Source: Octopus vulgaris
Taxonomy: Eukaryota
Reading direction: 5' to 3'
NCBI GenBank assembly: GCA_951406725.2
Contig: OX597815.1
Span: 128,216,001 to 128,280,000, forward strand
DNA length: 64,000 nt
Shown in pieces: positions 26,570 through 38,195 of the stretch. How positions within the stretch are numbered: the first letter of the stretch is position 1; each line of letters starts with the position of its first letter. A program made the position numbers and the translations under genes. The notes under the pieces are model-generated. The model did no database searches. It worked only from the letters and a program-made list of their open reading frames with translations, and was not told where the DNA came from.

Positions 26570-27600
26570 ATCTATACTTCCGAACTATAGCCAATCCTTT
26601 TGGTCTCCTGCCAAAATAACTTCTGCCAACTTTGCAGAATCCTCTTTCCCTCCACTTCACAACACTAGTTCTGTTAGTAGTAACCCCATAGAGAAGCCTT
26701 CATGTCCACTGTGCACAATTGGCAAACCTCCAGTTTATCACCTTCGACCTTTCCGAATCCACTACTTGTATACAAACCAAGTGTTAAAGTACATTCAGTC
26801 AGTTCAATCCAGTAAGGTCATCAGTCTCTTACATCACCCTCAAAAATTATATCTCAGAGCTCCCATACTCACCAAACTCCTCAATCTCTCGTTTACAGGG
26901 ATCTACCTTGATCTTTAGAAACATGCTAGTGTCCTATTCCTAAGAAAAGCAACTTCTCTGACCTGCCAACTGTTGCCTGACACATTCACTTCTAATATCT
27001 CAAAGGTAATAGAGATAACATCAACAATGAAGTCCTTCAATATCTTGAACCTTCACAATTGCTCCATTTGTTGAGCCTCACTGTCACCAACAATTTTTTT
27101 GGTAAAAGCATATCTTTAATATTCTAAGTACATGGCCCTTTTCTTCAGGGTCAAAAAGATATTTTAGCCAGCAACAATCACTGTTACTCTACAAAGCTTA
27201 TTTGTGGCCCACAACAGACAATTGCTTTCACATGTGAGGTGGTGCTACTGCTGTACAGACACCTTAGACCAAATGCAGAAAAAGGATCACTTAATTGGCA
27301 TAACATCATCTATACACTTCAGCCTCCAGCCTACAGGCATGCTGTCTCTTTTCTCAGTCTTTTCTACCATTACTACTATAGCCTTTGCTCCATGGAGCAG
27401 TCTAGGCTCACACACACTTCACTCAGGCACTTCTATTTGACTCATCTTTCTTCCTCATATAGCCCTGGTTGTGCCCAAGCCCTTTATCTCTACACTAATC
27501 ACTATGTCTAGTCCTCTCTTTTTAGGATAATAGCAATCTGGAATTCCTTTCTTGCAGGTGTTTGATTTACAAAGGTTCAAGAACATTAATGACATTGATC
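26570..27600 (+). mobile_element. Highly degenerate CR1/Jockey-like LINE RT remnant
   Basis: Fragments resembling KHASV.PIPKK..SD.AN...LTSNISKVIE (about 26920-27050) and YKAYLWP..WGGA...LQPPAYRHAVSFLSLFYHYY (27190-27380). Confidence 0.55.
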
Positions 27601-29049
27601 TCACTGCTCTAAATGGGCCTGCAAAGACCAAAGGCATTACCCCTACTATATCAAATATATAAAGAATAGTCAGAATAATGATTTCAAATTTTGGCACCAG
27701 GCCAGCAATTTTAGTGGGAGGGATTAGTCAAAAAGCAAAGTTGACCATGGTGAAATTTGAGCTTAAAATGCAGCATGCTCGAAGAAATACTGCAAAGCAT
27801 TTTCCCCAACATGAAAACCAAAGTTCATGCTACTATGTACCCGTGGAAACGAAGGCACATAGCTTAATTGAATCATATCTTTTCCTTTTATAATTATATA
27901 TGGAGAGCATGGGATGGTTGAATTTAGTTAAAAAGTGACAACTGGTAATCTGTTACTAAAACTCTACTGTCAAGCCCAAGACACTTTCAAACAATCCAAT
28001 CCACATCAGTGAAAATAGAGTAAGAACAGCTTGTAGGATGTTGTAAACAGTGATAGCACTGTCCTTCTATCATACTTAAACCTCTCATTACCCAGCATAA
28101 AGCCACCTCCCTCAATGCCCTCTCAGTTGAGAGAGTCTTGTCTTGCGAGATACTGAGTGACTTCACTGGTGCCAGTGCTATGCACAAAGCACCCAGTACA
28201 TTTAGTTAAGTAATTGGCATTAGGAAGGGCATCCAACTGTAGAAATCATGCCAAAGTAGATATTGTAGCTTGGCACAGTTCTCTGGCTCACCAGCTCCTA
28301 TCAAACCATCCAACTCATGCCAGCATGAAAACAGATATATGATGAAGAACTGGATCCCACTGGTCAAATTTGAAAAACAATAGATCTGATGGCTCTTGTT
28401 GAATACCTTTAATAATATAAATGTCAAAGTAATTGATTTGCTCTTTTAACAGATAAAATACAGACTTACACATAATTTAAAATTTTCATTTTCCACTGAA
28501 AATAACAAATCTAAAAATAGTACTACAATTTGTAACTATTCACACTACTATTGCAACTCTGATTTAGCTTTATATTTCATAAATAGAAATTTTTTATCAT
28601 TTAGTTTAATGATAAGGGCAGAGCCCAAAGATCTCTCAGAGTGCAAACAATTGCAATCAGAAGAGTCTTAATAGAATAATGTTTACCATAACATTTGCAG
28701 ATAAATGGTTGCAGTGAGTAGTAAAACAACCCCTGTGAAGGATAGTGTTTGGAGTGGAGTTTAGTAAGTAAAATACAGGAAAGACGACAAAAAAAAGAGT
28801 TGGGTGGGTGAGTTTATATGGAAGGTGTTTTTTGGGTTTTTTTTCAGATAAGAAACTGCTTGATTAAACAAGGCAAGGACTCAGAATATGAACATAGCTT
28901 GATAGGTGTGAATGATTGAAGAGTATTGGGAAGTGAAGGCTTATCAAACAAGAATCCAAACATAAAACAAACAAGAGCAAAGTTAATATCTGCTATCTAA
29001 CATAACCTATTTTAAGCAATATGCAGCAAAAAAGAAATTATCACCTTAC

Positions 29050-29242
29050 CTTCATCTTTGTATTTGATTGTAATATCATCATTTGTGGCTAGCTTTCCTC
29101 GATACACTCGCTGCATCATTAGAACTAATTCGTCATATGTAATGTCCACATTGTGAATTGGGATTCGACGAATATCATCTCCTAATTGCACTTTGATAAT
29201 TAACTTGCCAGAAAGATCCATCTGTTGGTCGTAGTTATTCAT
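29050..29242 (-). CDS. TFG: TFG first coding exon (PB1 domain N-part)
   Basis: Translates [64 protein letters not shown], closely matching the TFG N-terminus (human ..[38 protein letters not shown]..). Acceptor ttgcag at 29250-29249 leaves 6 nt of UTR before the ATG; donor G|GTAAGG at 29049; phase 1. Confidence 0.96.
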
Positions 29243-29599
29243 ATTTATCTGCAATTAAACAATCTAGTAATATCATAGGTAGAATATCATTTAGCTGATA
29301 AATGATAAATGCAAAACTTTATACATACACACAGACGTTTTTTACATTAGTTAGTTTAATGAAAATTGGCGATTGTTTTGTTCTTTCTAGACAAGAAGTT
29401 AGTGTAATTAATATTCAAGTTGAAGAGTTAGAGATAAGGAAATTCCAAAGGAAGTTCTAAAACAAAAAAAAAATAATCCTGCACAAACTGTTCAGTGGTA
29501 CTGAGAGCAGTGGTGGGAGAGCAACTAACATCCTGTAAGTTGTGGTTTTAGAATGGAATGGAGAATGTTGGTAGATCAAGGAAACAGACACTATCATCT

Positions 29600-30135
29600 T
29601 GTCATCATTTAACGGCCATCTTTTATGCTGGCATGGTTAGAATAGTTTGAGAGGAGCTAACTAGGCAGAAGACTGCACCAGGTTTCACTGTCTGTTTTAG
29701 CAGGGTTTTTACAGCTGGATGCCCTTCTCAAAACCAGATGGCTGCACCAGGCTCCAATCTGATCTGGCAGAGTTTCTACAGCTGGATGCTCTTCCTAACG
29801 CCAACCACTCCGAGAGTATAGTGCGTGCTTTTACGTGCCACCAGCATGAGCACCAGCCAGGTGGTACTGGCAACGACCACGCTCAAATGGTGTTTTTTAC
29901 GTGCCACCTGCACAGGGACCAGTCCAGCAGCACTGGCAATGACCTCACTCGAATGCTTTTTTCTCGTGCCACCGGCACAAGTGACAGTAAGGTGACAATG
30001 GTAACGATCACACTCGAATGGTACTTTTTACGTACCACCGGCACGGAAGCCAGCTAGCTGTTCTGGCAACAATCACGCTCGGATGATGCTCTTAGTGCTC
30101 CACTAGCACGGATGACAGTCATCGAATTTGATTTA
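29600..30135 (-). mobile_element. Two fused RTE LINE 3'UTR fragments
   Basis: The block CTGCACCAGG...CAGCTGGATG occurs twice (about 29672-29727 and 29742-29795), followed by modular 3'UTR. Confidence 0.8.
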
Positions 30136-31594
30136 TGCAAGATGTATATAATTTATTACACATTTAACCTTTCTTTTTTAACATAAATGTGTGCACACGT
30201 GTAAATAAAAGATTAACATCACATCTAGAGACTGATATCTGATTGAACAACCATTGTTTTATAACAAATGAATCAATGATTTCTTTCTCTAACCTCGAAG
30301 TAATTAAAACAATTTAATGTTTGTGCATGACCTTTTTTTGAAAAGCCATGACACAGTTATCAGTTAACTCCTACAATCATATCAGCTCTTTCTTCCACTA
30401 TTTTCATGCCACCTCTTCTGGGTGAGCACAACACAAAATCAAATAGTTGCATATGTATGCATATGTTAATGAACATAAGTGGGCCAAGTGGTTAAGGAGT
30501 TTGCTTTGCAAACATGAGGCCTAAGTTTTAATCCCACAGTGAGGAATCTAGGCGTAAGGCATTTTAACACAGCTTTGTGTTAATACAATTTCACTCACTA
30601 CAACTGTCAGCAGGACTATAACTGTAATTCAAAGGTTCAACTTCATCACACTATGTCATACAGATCCTACTCGAGCTGTTAAAGGTACATGTCTCTGGAA
30701 TACTCAGCCAATATGCATGCTAATTTAATGAAAACTGAACACTCATAAATCTCAACAATAAAACTCATTATTTTATGTGTGTGCAGGTGTATAATACACA
30801 CACATTTGTAGTGTGTGTGTGTGAGAGAGAGAGAGAGAGGTAGTGTCTTTGTATTTGCTGAAAACAAATGTCTTTGTCCTAGAGGCAGTGTTCTTCATTT
30901 CCAAACTTCTGTGAAAACATGTCCAGTCATGGGGAAATAGATGAGGGTTGCTGACAGAAAGGACATCTGACTAGAAAAATCTGCCTCAACAATTTCCAAC
31001 AAACCTGTGCAAGCATGGAAAAGCAGACATTTAAAATGACAATGATGGTATCCATGTGTGTGTGTGTCATTATTATAAACTTTTCCATGCATGAAGGAGT
31101 AATGCAGAATTTGTGGTGGCAGAGTCACTAGAGCCAGATGCTCTTCAATTTACTAACCCTCACCAGTTTCCAAGCAAGGTATTATTTCCCCATGGCCAGA
31201 CATTTTTCTCAGAGATTTTGAAAAGAACAACATCACTTGTATGTTAGTGAAACTCATCTATAACCATTACATGATGTGAAGACATGGACGCACACAAACA
31301 GGTATACGCATGCACACACAAGGGTCCTTTCAGTTTTTACGTAGCATATCTACTCACTGGTCTTTGGTCAGTCAAAGTGTCATGTCTACAGTAGAAGACA
31401 CTCATCCAAGATGCTGGTCAGTAGGATTAAATCCAAAAGCACACAGTTGAGAAGCAAGCTTCTTAACCATACAGTTATGCTTTGTGTGTGTGTGTGTGAG
31501 AGAGAGAGAGTGATTGGTCTTAATAGGGTTGGAGAAGCATTTCAAACTTGACAAAGCCCATCTTTCTCTATATTTGAACACAGCCAATTTCTTC

Positions 31595-31605
<11 letters not shown>

Positions 31606-31655
<50 letters not shown>
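31606..31655. repeat. (GA)n microsatellite
   Basis: Pure GA run of ~25 units. Confidence 0.95.
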
Positions 31656-31658
<3 letters not shown>

Positions 31659-34600
31659 AATTCAAGAGCTGGAGTGGTACTTTTTCAGGGAAAAATGACA
31701 AAGTTGGCCTCAACAGGATTTGAACTCAAAGTACAGAAAGTTAGAATGTGTACCAAAGGCATTGTACAGCCAAATGCTCTTTCTGTCACCAATCTATACT
31801 TGTTTTCACTCAAGATGTAGGTGTAGCACATGTAGAGGTGACTGAAAAGCTTGCTTCCCAACTATGTGCTCTTAGGTTCAGTCCCACTGTGCAGCACCAT
31901 GGGTAAGTGTCTTCTACAATAGCCCTGGGCCAACCAAAGCCTTGTGAGTAGATCAGTAGATGGAAAGAGAAAGAAGCGCATTGTGTGTGTGTGTGTGTGT
32001 AAAACATTATCTAGGTATCATTTGATGGTGGTAAATGAGCATCACTGTCTTAAAAGTGAGGTTGCTGGTTTCCAGTCTTTCATGAAAAACGTGCCTGGCT
32101 ATGAGGAAATATTACTTTGCTTGGAAGGAGGTGATAGGAAGGCCATTAAAAATCTGCCTCAAAATGCCATCTCACCCTTGCAATCATGAAAAATGAATAT
32201 TATGATGATGATGATAAACACAAGCACATATATACTCATTCATTATTACTTCTGGTTTTCATGCAAGGATTGGTTTGATAAACATATCGAGGAGCTGATT
32301 TATAGTCTTTCCTTTTGTTCGCCCTTACCCGTTTTTCAAATAAGGAATCTATTTCACATATCATCAAAGTCATAAACCAGTGCACATTTTGTTGACAAAG
32401 GAAATGGGAAGAGTTTTACATGTGACATTGCTGTTTTTGGACACTAAGGAACAGTACTTGAAAACACATAAAAATAGAGTCTGAATGCAAAAGAGAGAAA
32501 GAAAGTGAAAGGGAAACAAAGGCTGCACAGTATGAGAAAGAGAGAAAGAAACAGACAGGCAGATAGAGAGAGGGGGGATGGAGCATATCAGTATATATGT
32601 AATCACATAAGCACACACAATTTAATTTTTCAATGTATACTTATAATGATAATTAAGCATTTATCCATATTGTCACAGTGTATAACAAAAAGCATAAATA
32701 GTGTTTAATAGTATGTAGGCCCTTTAACAACTAATCAGTCAGTTACAAATTTCTTAGTTATAGTAAGCATTTATGTTTGGCGAGCAGGGTAGGGTTCTAA
32801 AATATTGATGTTTCTTTATTAGCCACACAGGGCCAAATACAGAGGAGACAAAATACAATGTAGAGCTTTTCTTTTGAAAAAAGGAGAAAAATAAAATTCC
32901 GATCAAAAGGGATCGTGAAAGAAAAGCACCAATCGAAAGGGATCGTGTATCATAGAAAATATTGTAAATGTTACAAGAAAGAAAAACAGATTAGGTTTAT
33001 TGGTGGAAAGAAAAGCCTACAGAAAAGACCATGGTAACCCTGGGCAATAATGTCCAATAAAGACACATTACAGTAAGTGACTCTTTTTTTTCCCCCTTTA
33101 AAATTATAGATAGGTAGCCAGACTTACAGACAAAGTGTATGTATGTATATATGCATGCATACACACACACACACACAAAGACTATATGTATGTATGCAAT
33201 AATGCATGCATGTAAGAGTATAATATCAACAAAAATGAACAACAATGCAGAATGTTTCAAGCCTATGACAAATAAATTGGTCACACCAGAAATAAAAAGG
33301 ATAAATTCTCACTGACCACCAAACAGAACATATAAAAGAAATATATATTTATATAACAGATATATATATAATAGATGTTTCAAAAAATTTGCATCATCAT
33401 CATTTAATGTTTTCCATGCTGGCATGGGTTGGACATTCTGACAAGAGCTGTTGTCTGTTTTGGAATGGTTTTTATAGCAGGATGCCCTTCCTAACAGTTA
33501 TACTGATTTTAAAAAATGATAAACATTCAATTTTCTGAATAAATTTTTTTAATAATGTAAACTAAGTTGGTTCAATTCCAGTTGAGATAGAGGAAAAGTC
33601 AAATAAATGCTTAAAAAGTATTAAAAAAAGACCAGAGAAAGAATGAACGAAAGAAAGAATATAAAAATGCTACCTATGTGAAAAGAGACATTCTTTTAAT
33701 GATATGGAATGTATCTGTTGCAGGAGCAAAGATTACAAAACTGAGAAAATAATGAAAGAATGGTTAATGCAGGAGTACATCACCACAAAAAGAAGAAAAT
33801 GACAAGTAAATCTAATGCAATGGAACTTGAAACTCTTGAACAAGCAACATACAGGAAAACAAGCCAAAAGATTCTCTAATGCAAGGGTACAATGTGTCGA
33901 ATAAAGGAAGAATTTGTATTTCACTCTGAAATATGTAATAATGATTGGTTTTAGTAGCGGAACTCAAAGATAAAGCTATAAATAACAGTATGTAAAATAC
34001 TTGGTTGGAACAAGTCAAAGGCTGGCTGTGAGACACGAACCCACATTTTCTGGGGCAGCCTTCAACTTTTTCCATCCAAAGGGTTTTTTATTTACTCCAA
34101 TATTTTACACATTTTAGCTTCATCTATTTTGAGTTCTACCATTAAAAACAATGTATTTCTTTATTTCAGGTCTCTCAAATTCTTACAATGTAAACAATAT
34201 AATGATGATATATTGTAGAGAGAGAGATAGATAAAGTCAACTGACTGGTACTTGTTATATCAACCCCAGGAAAATGTTGACTCAATCAGGATGTGAACTC
34301 AGATAATAAAGGGATAAAGATGAAAGGTCATTATGTCCAGTACACACAAGGCTGTACATTTAATAGTGTAGGAGGAGTTAACGAGTTAGCAGCAAATGAA
34401 TACTGCATGTGACTGGAAATAGGACATAAACTAATAATGTAGTTTGAATGGAGAATAGGTACTGAAATGAAAGAAGAGAAGGCAGGGTTGTTTGCTAACA
34501 CTTTAATTGATATGGTAGAAGTCAGAAAGTGCTCCAACAACATATTCAGCATCTCAGCAACAAATGAGACAGTTGTAAACTCATATGTAATAGACTGAAA

Positions 34601-35004
34601 CGTAGTCCCATCCATAGGCAAAGTTGCAAATTGCATTTTCACTTGCAAGTAAATTTCTATTAATATAATGCAGTAATTAGGAAAAGACACTGACAATAAG
34701 CAATGCATTTCACACCATTTTTCTTAATGGCAAATAAAGAATTATCTGCAAAATTGCTTCTTCTCCTTAGTAACTGATAAAACTAATTGACTAATTAGCC
34801 CCAAGTCCTTCTTACATTGTTACAAATACTTTAAGAATGATTTCACTGAGCCTGTTTAGCTTACTAGCTTCAAATCTTGGTGAATTAATAACTTTGTATG
34901 CTGTGGAATGTATTGTTAAATAGGAGGTCCCACTGTTAAAAAATATATATCCAGAGATATAATAAAATTATGTTGTTAACAGAAATTATCAACCCTTGTC
35001 ATTT

Positions 35005-35650
35005 GTCATTTAATGTCCGCTTTCCATGCTGGCATGGATTTGACAATTTGAATGAGAATTGGCAAGCTGGGAGGCTGCACCAGGCTCCAATCTGATTTGG
35101 CAAGGTTTCTACAGCTGGATGCCCTTCCTAACACCAACCACTCTGAGTGTAGTGGGTGATTTTACACGTCGCCGGTACAGGTGCCAGTTAGGTGGCACTG
35201 GCCATGCTCAAATGGAGCTTTTTACGTGCTATTGACATGGGTACCAGTCAGGCGACACTGGCATCGACCATGACAACAATTTCACTTGGTTCAACAGGTC
35301 TTTACAAGCACGGCATGTTGCCCAATGATTAAGGGGTGCTTTTGAAAGGGCCAGTTATGCAACAGTGGCATCGGCCATGACTACAATCTTACTTGACTTG
35401 CTGGGTCTTCTCAAGCACAGCATATCTCCAAAGGTCTCAGTTGCTTGTCATTGCCTCAGTAAGGTCCAACGTTCAAAAGTTGTGCTTCACCACCTCACCC
35501 CATGTTTTCCTGTGTCTACCTCTTCCATAGGTTCCCTCCACTTTTAGGGTGTGACACTTCTTCACACAGCTGTCCTCATTCCTACACATGATATGGCCAT
35601 ACCAGTGCAGTTTCTCTCTTGCACACCACAGCTGATGCTTGTCTAGTAAG
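35005..35650 (-). mobile_element. RTE LINE 3' end
   Basis: ORF 35473-35673 LHWYGH...EGTYGRGRHRKTWGEVVKH plus the shared 3'UTR/tail. Confidence 0.88.
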
Positions 35651-35860
35651 ATATCTGAGCAGTTTATGAGCATTTCAACTCCTACCTATGACTGTATATC
35701 ACATCACATTTGAATTATTCATTTTTCTGTCATTCTTCTGGAGATCCCATTGCACCTTTTGTGTATCCATTGTTCACACTGATATCAAGTTGCTGCTAAT
35801 TCCTTTCCCAGATATTGGACAAAGACACTTGCTAGATGGTCTTCTGGATTTTGAAGCCTC

Positions 35861-37836
35861 GGTCAATGAGGAAACTAGGGATAGATGAATGGCTGGTGAG
35901 GACTGTGCAAGCCATGTACAGAGATGCCGTAAGTAAGGTTAGGGTTGGCAACATGTACACAGAAGAATTCAAAGTAGAGGTTGGGGTCCACCAGGGTTCA
36001 GTACTCAGCCCCCTCCTATTTATCATAGTACTCCAGGCAATTACGGAGGAATTCAAGACAGGCTGTCCCTGGGAGCTCCTCTACGCTGACGACCTTGCTC
36101 TTATTGCTGAGTCACTATCAGAACTGGAGGAGAAGTTCCAGGTGTGGAAGGAGGGTTTAGAATCAAGGGGCCTTAGAGTCAACCTAGCTAAAACCAAAGT
36201 ACTAATAAGTAGGAAGGTAGACAATCCACAAATATCTTCAGGAAGATGGCCCTGCTAGATCTGTAGAAAAGGTGTAGGTAGAAACTCTATAAGATGTACC
36301 CAGTGTAAGCTATGGACACATAAGAGGTGCAGCAATGTCAAAGGTAGGCTAACTGGGAAGATAGTTTTTGTATGTGGCAGATGCTCGGGAGCATTAACCT
36401 CCGAAAATCTGCAGAAAACAACTTCCGTCACTTTCCAGGGGGAAAAACTAGAAGTAGTTGATAGCTTCCGTTATCTAGGTGACCAAGTCAGTAGTGGGGG
36501 TGGGTGCGCTGAAAGTGTAACTGCTAGAATAAGAATAGCCTGGGCAAAGTTTAGGGAGCTCTTACCTCTGCTGGTGACAAAAGGCCTCTCGCTCAGAGTA
36601 AAAGGCAGACTGTATGATGCGTGTGTACGAACAGCCATGCTACATGGCAGCGAAACATGGGCCGTGACTGCTGAGGACATGCGTAAGCTCGTGAGGAATG
36701 AAGCCAGTATGCTCCGATGGATGTGTAATGTCAGTGTACATACTCGACAGAGCGTTAGCACCTTGAGAGAAATGTTGTACCTAAGAAGCATCAGTTGTGG
36801 TGTGCAAGAGAGACGATTGCGCTGGTATGGTCATGTGGCGAGAATGGATGAAGATAGGTGTGTGAGAAAGTGCCAATCCCTAGCAGTTGAGGGAACCCGT
36901 GGAAGAGGTAGACCCAGGAAAACCTGGGACGAGGTGGTGAAGCACGACCTTCGAACTTTAGGCCTCACTGAGGAAATGACCAGCGACCGAGACCTTTGGA
37001 AATATTCTGTACGTGAGAAGACCAGGCAGGACAAGTGAGCCCAGCCCACTTATGAATGCCTTTCTTCCCTTGGACACAAAGACCTGTTGAGGCAAGCGAA
37101 GTCGATATAGAACCTCATCCGACGACAGACACCCATGCCAACCCCCCATGCTTGCGAAGACATGTTGGGGCAAGCGAAACCGAATTGAACCAGCCAGGAT
37201 CCCTGGCCTGGTGGTACGTAAAAAGCACTATCCGACTCGTGGCCGTGGCACGTAAAATACTCCAATGCGACCGTACAACAGGCACCCATGCCAACCCCCT
37301 TTGCTTGTGAAGACATGTTGGGGCAAGCGAAATCGAAATCGAATTGAACCAGCCAGGATCCCTGGTCTGGTGGTACGTAAGCACTATCCGACTCGTGGCC
37401 GTGGCACGTAAAATACTCCAATGCGACCGTACGACAGGCACCCATGCCAACCCCTTTGCTTGTGAAGACATGTTGGGGCAAGCGAAATCGAAATCGAATT
37501 GAACCAGCCAGGATCCCTGGTCTGGTGGTACGTAAAAAGCACTATCCGACTCGTGGCCGATGCCAGCACCGCCTCGACTGGCTTCCGTGCCGGTGGCACA
37601 TAAAATACACCAATCTGACCGTGGCCGTTGCCAGCCTCGCCTGGCACCTGTGCAGGTGGCACGTAAAAAGCACCCACTACACTCACGGAGTGGTTGGCGT
37701 TAGGAAGGGCATCCAACTGTAGAAACATTGCCAGATTAGACTGGAGCCTGGTGCAGCCTTCTGGCTTCCCAGAACCCCGGTCGAACCGTCCAACCCATGC
37801 TAGCATGGAGAACGGACGTTAAACGATGATGATGAT
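35861..37836 (+). mobile_element. RTE-clade LINE, 5'-truncated (RT C-half, PHD insert, thumb, 3'UTR, (GAT)n tail)
   Basis: GVHQGSVLSPLLF, LLYADDLAL, FRYLG, HGSETW, RRLRWYGHVARM and RGRGRPRKTW motifs lie in one frame interrupted only by TAG at 36256-36258; stop at 37038; tail GACGTTAAACGATGATGATGAT. Confidence 0.95.
37130..37560 (+). repeat. ~155-bp tandem repeat (about 2.8 units) in the LINE 3'UTR
   Basis: CACCCATGCCAACCCC starts at 37130, 37283 and 37439. Confidence 0.9.
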
Positions 37837-37982
37837 GTGTGCACACATTTTACTGAAGCTGTATAAAACTTCACAGAGTTCCATGTAATTGATCTTCACC
37901 TTTTTTGCACCTACATGCTTGTATGTGTGTATATATACACATATAAACACACACACACACACACACATATATTACACATTGA

Positions 37983-38195
37983 CCCTTTTGTTGCCATATT
38001 TTTGCTGATACACATTGGCGCGATTCCATTAATTTTGGAAATGATAAATAATTTAGTAAAATAATTTTATTATTAAGCTAGTGCTTGGAGCATAAATTAT
38101 ATTTTTGAAGTCCAGTTTTAATTTAGATCACTTCAAAATATGAAGTTTATATCATAGAACCAGAAGCATTCTTCAGCAGCTTGATAACAAAAGGG
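37983..38195. mobile_element. piggyBac-like MITE (same family as 8267-8447)
   Basis: TTGA|CCCTTTTGTTGCCA...TGATAACAAAAGGG|TTAA; internal similarity to the 8267 copy. Confidence 0.7.
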
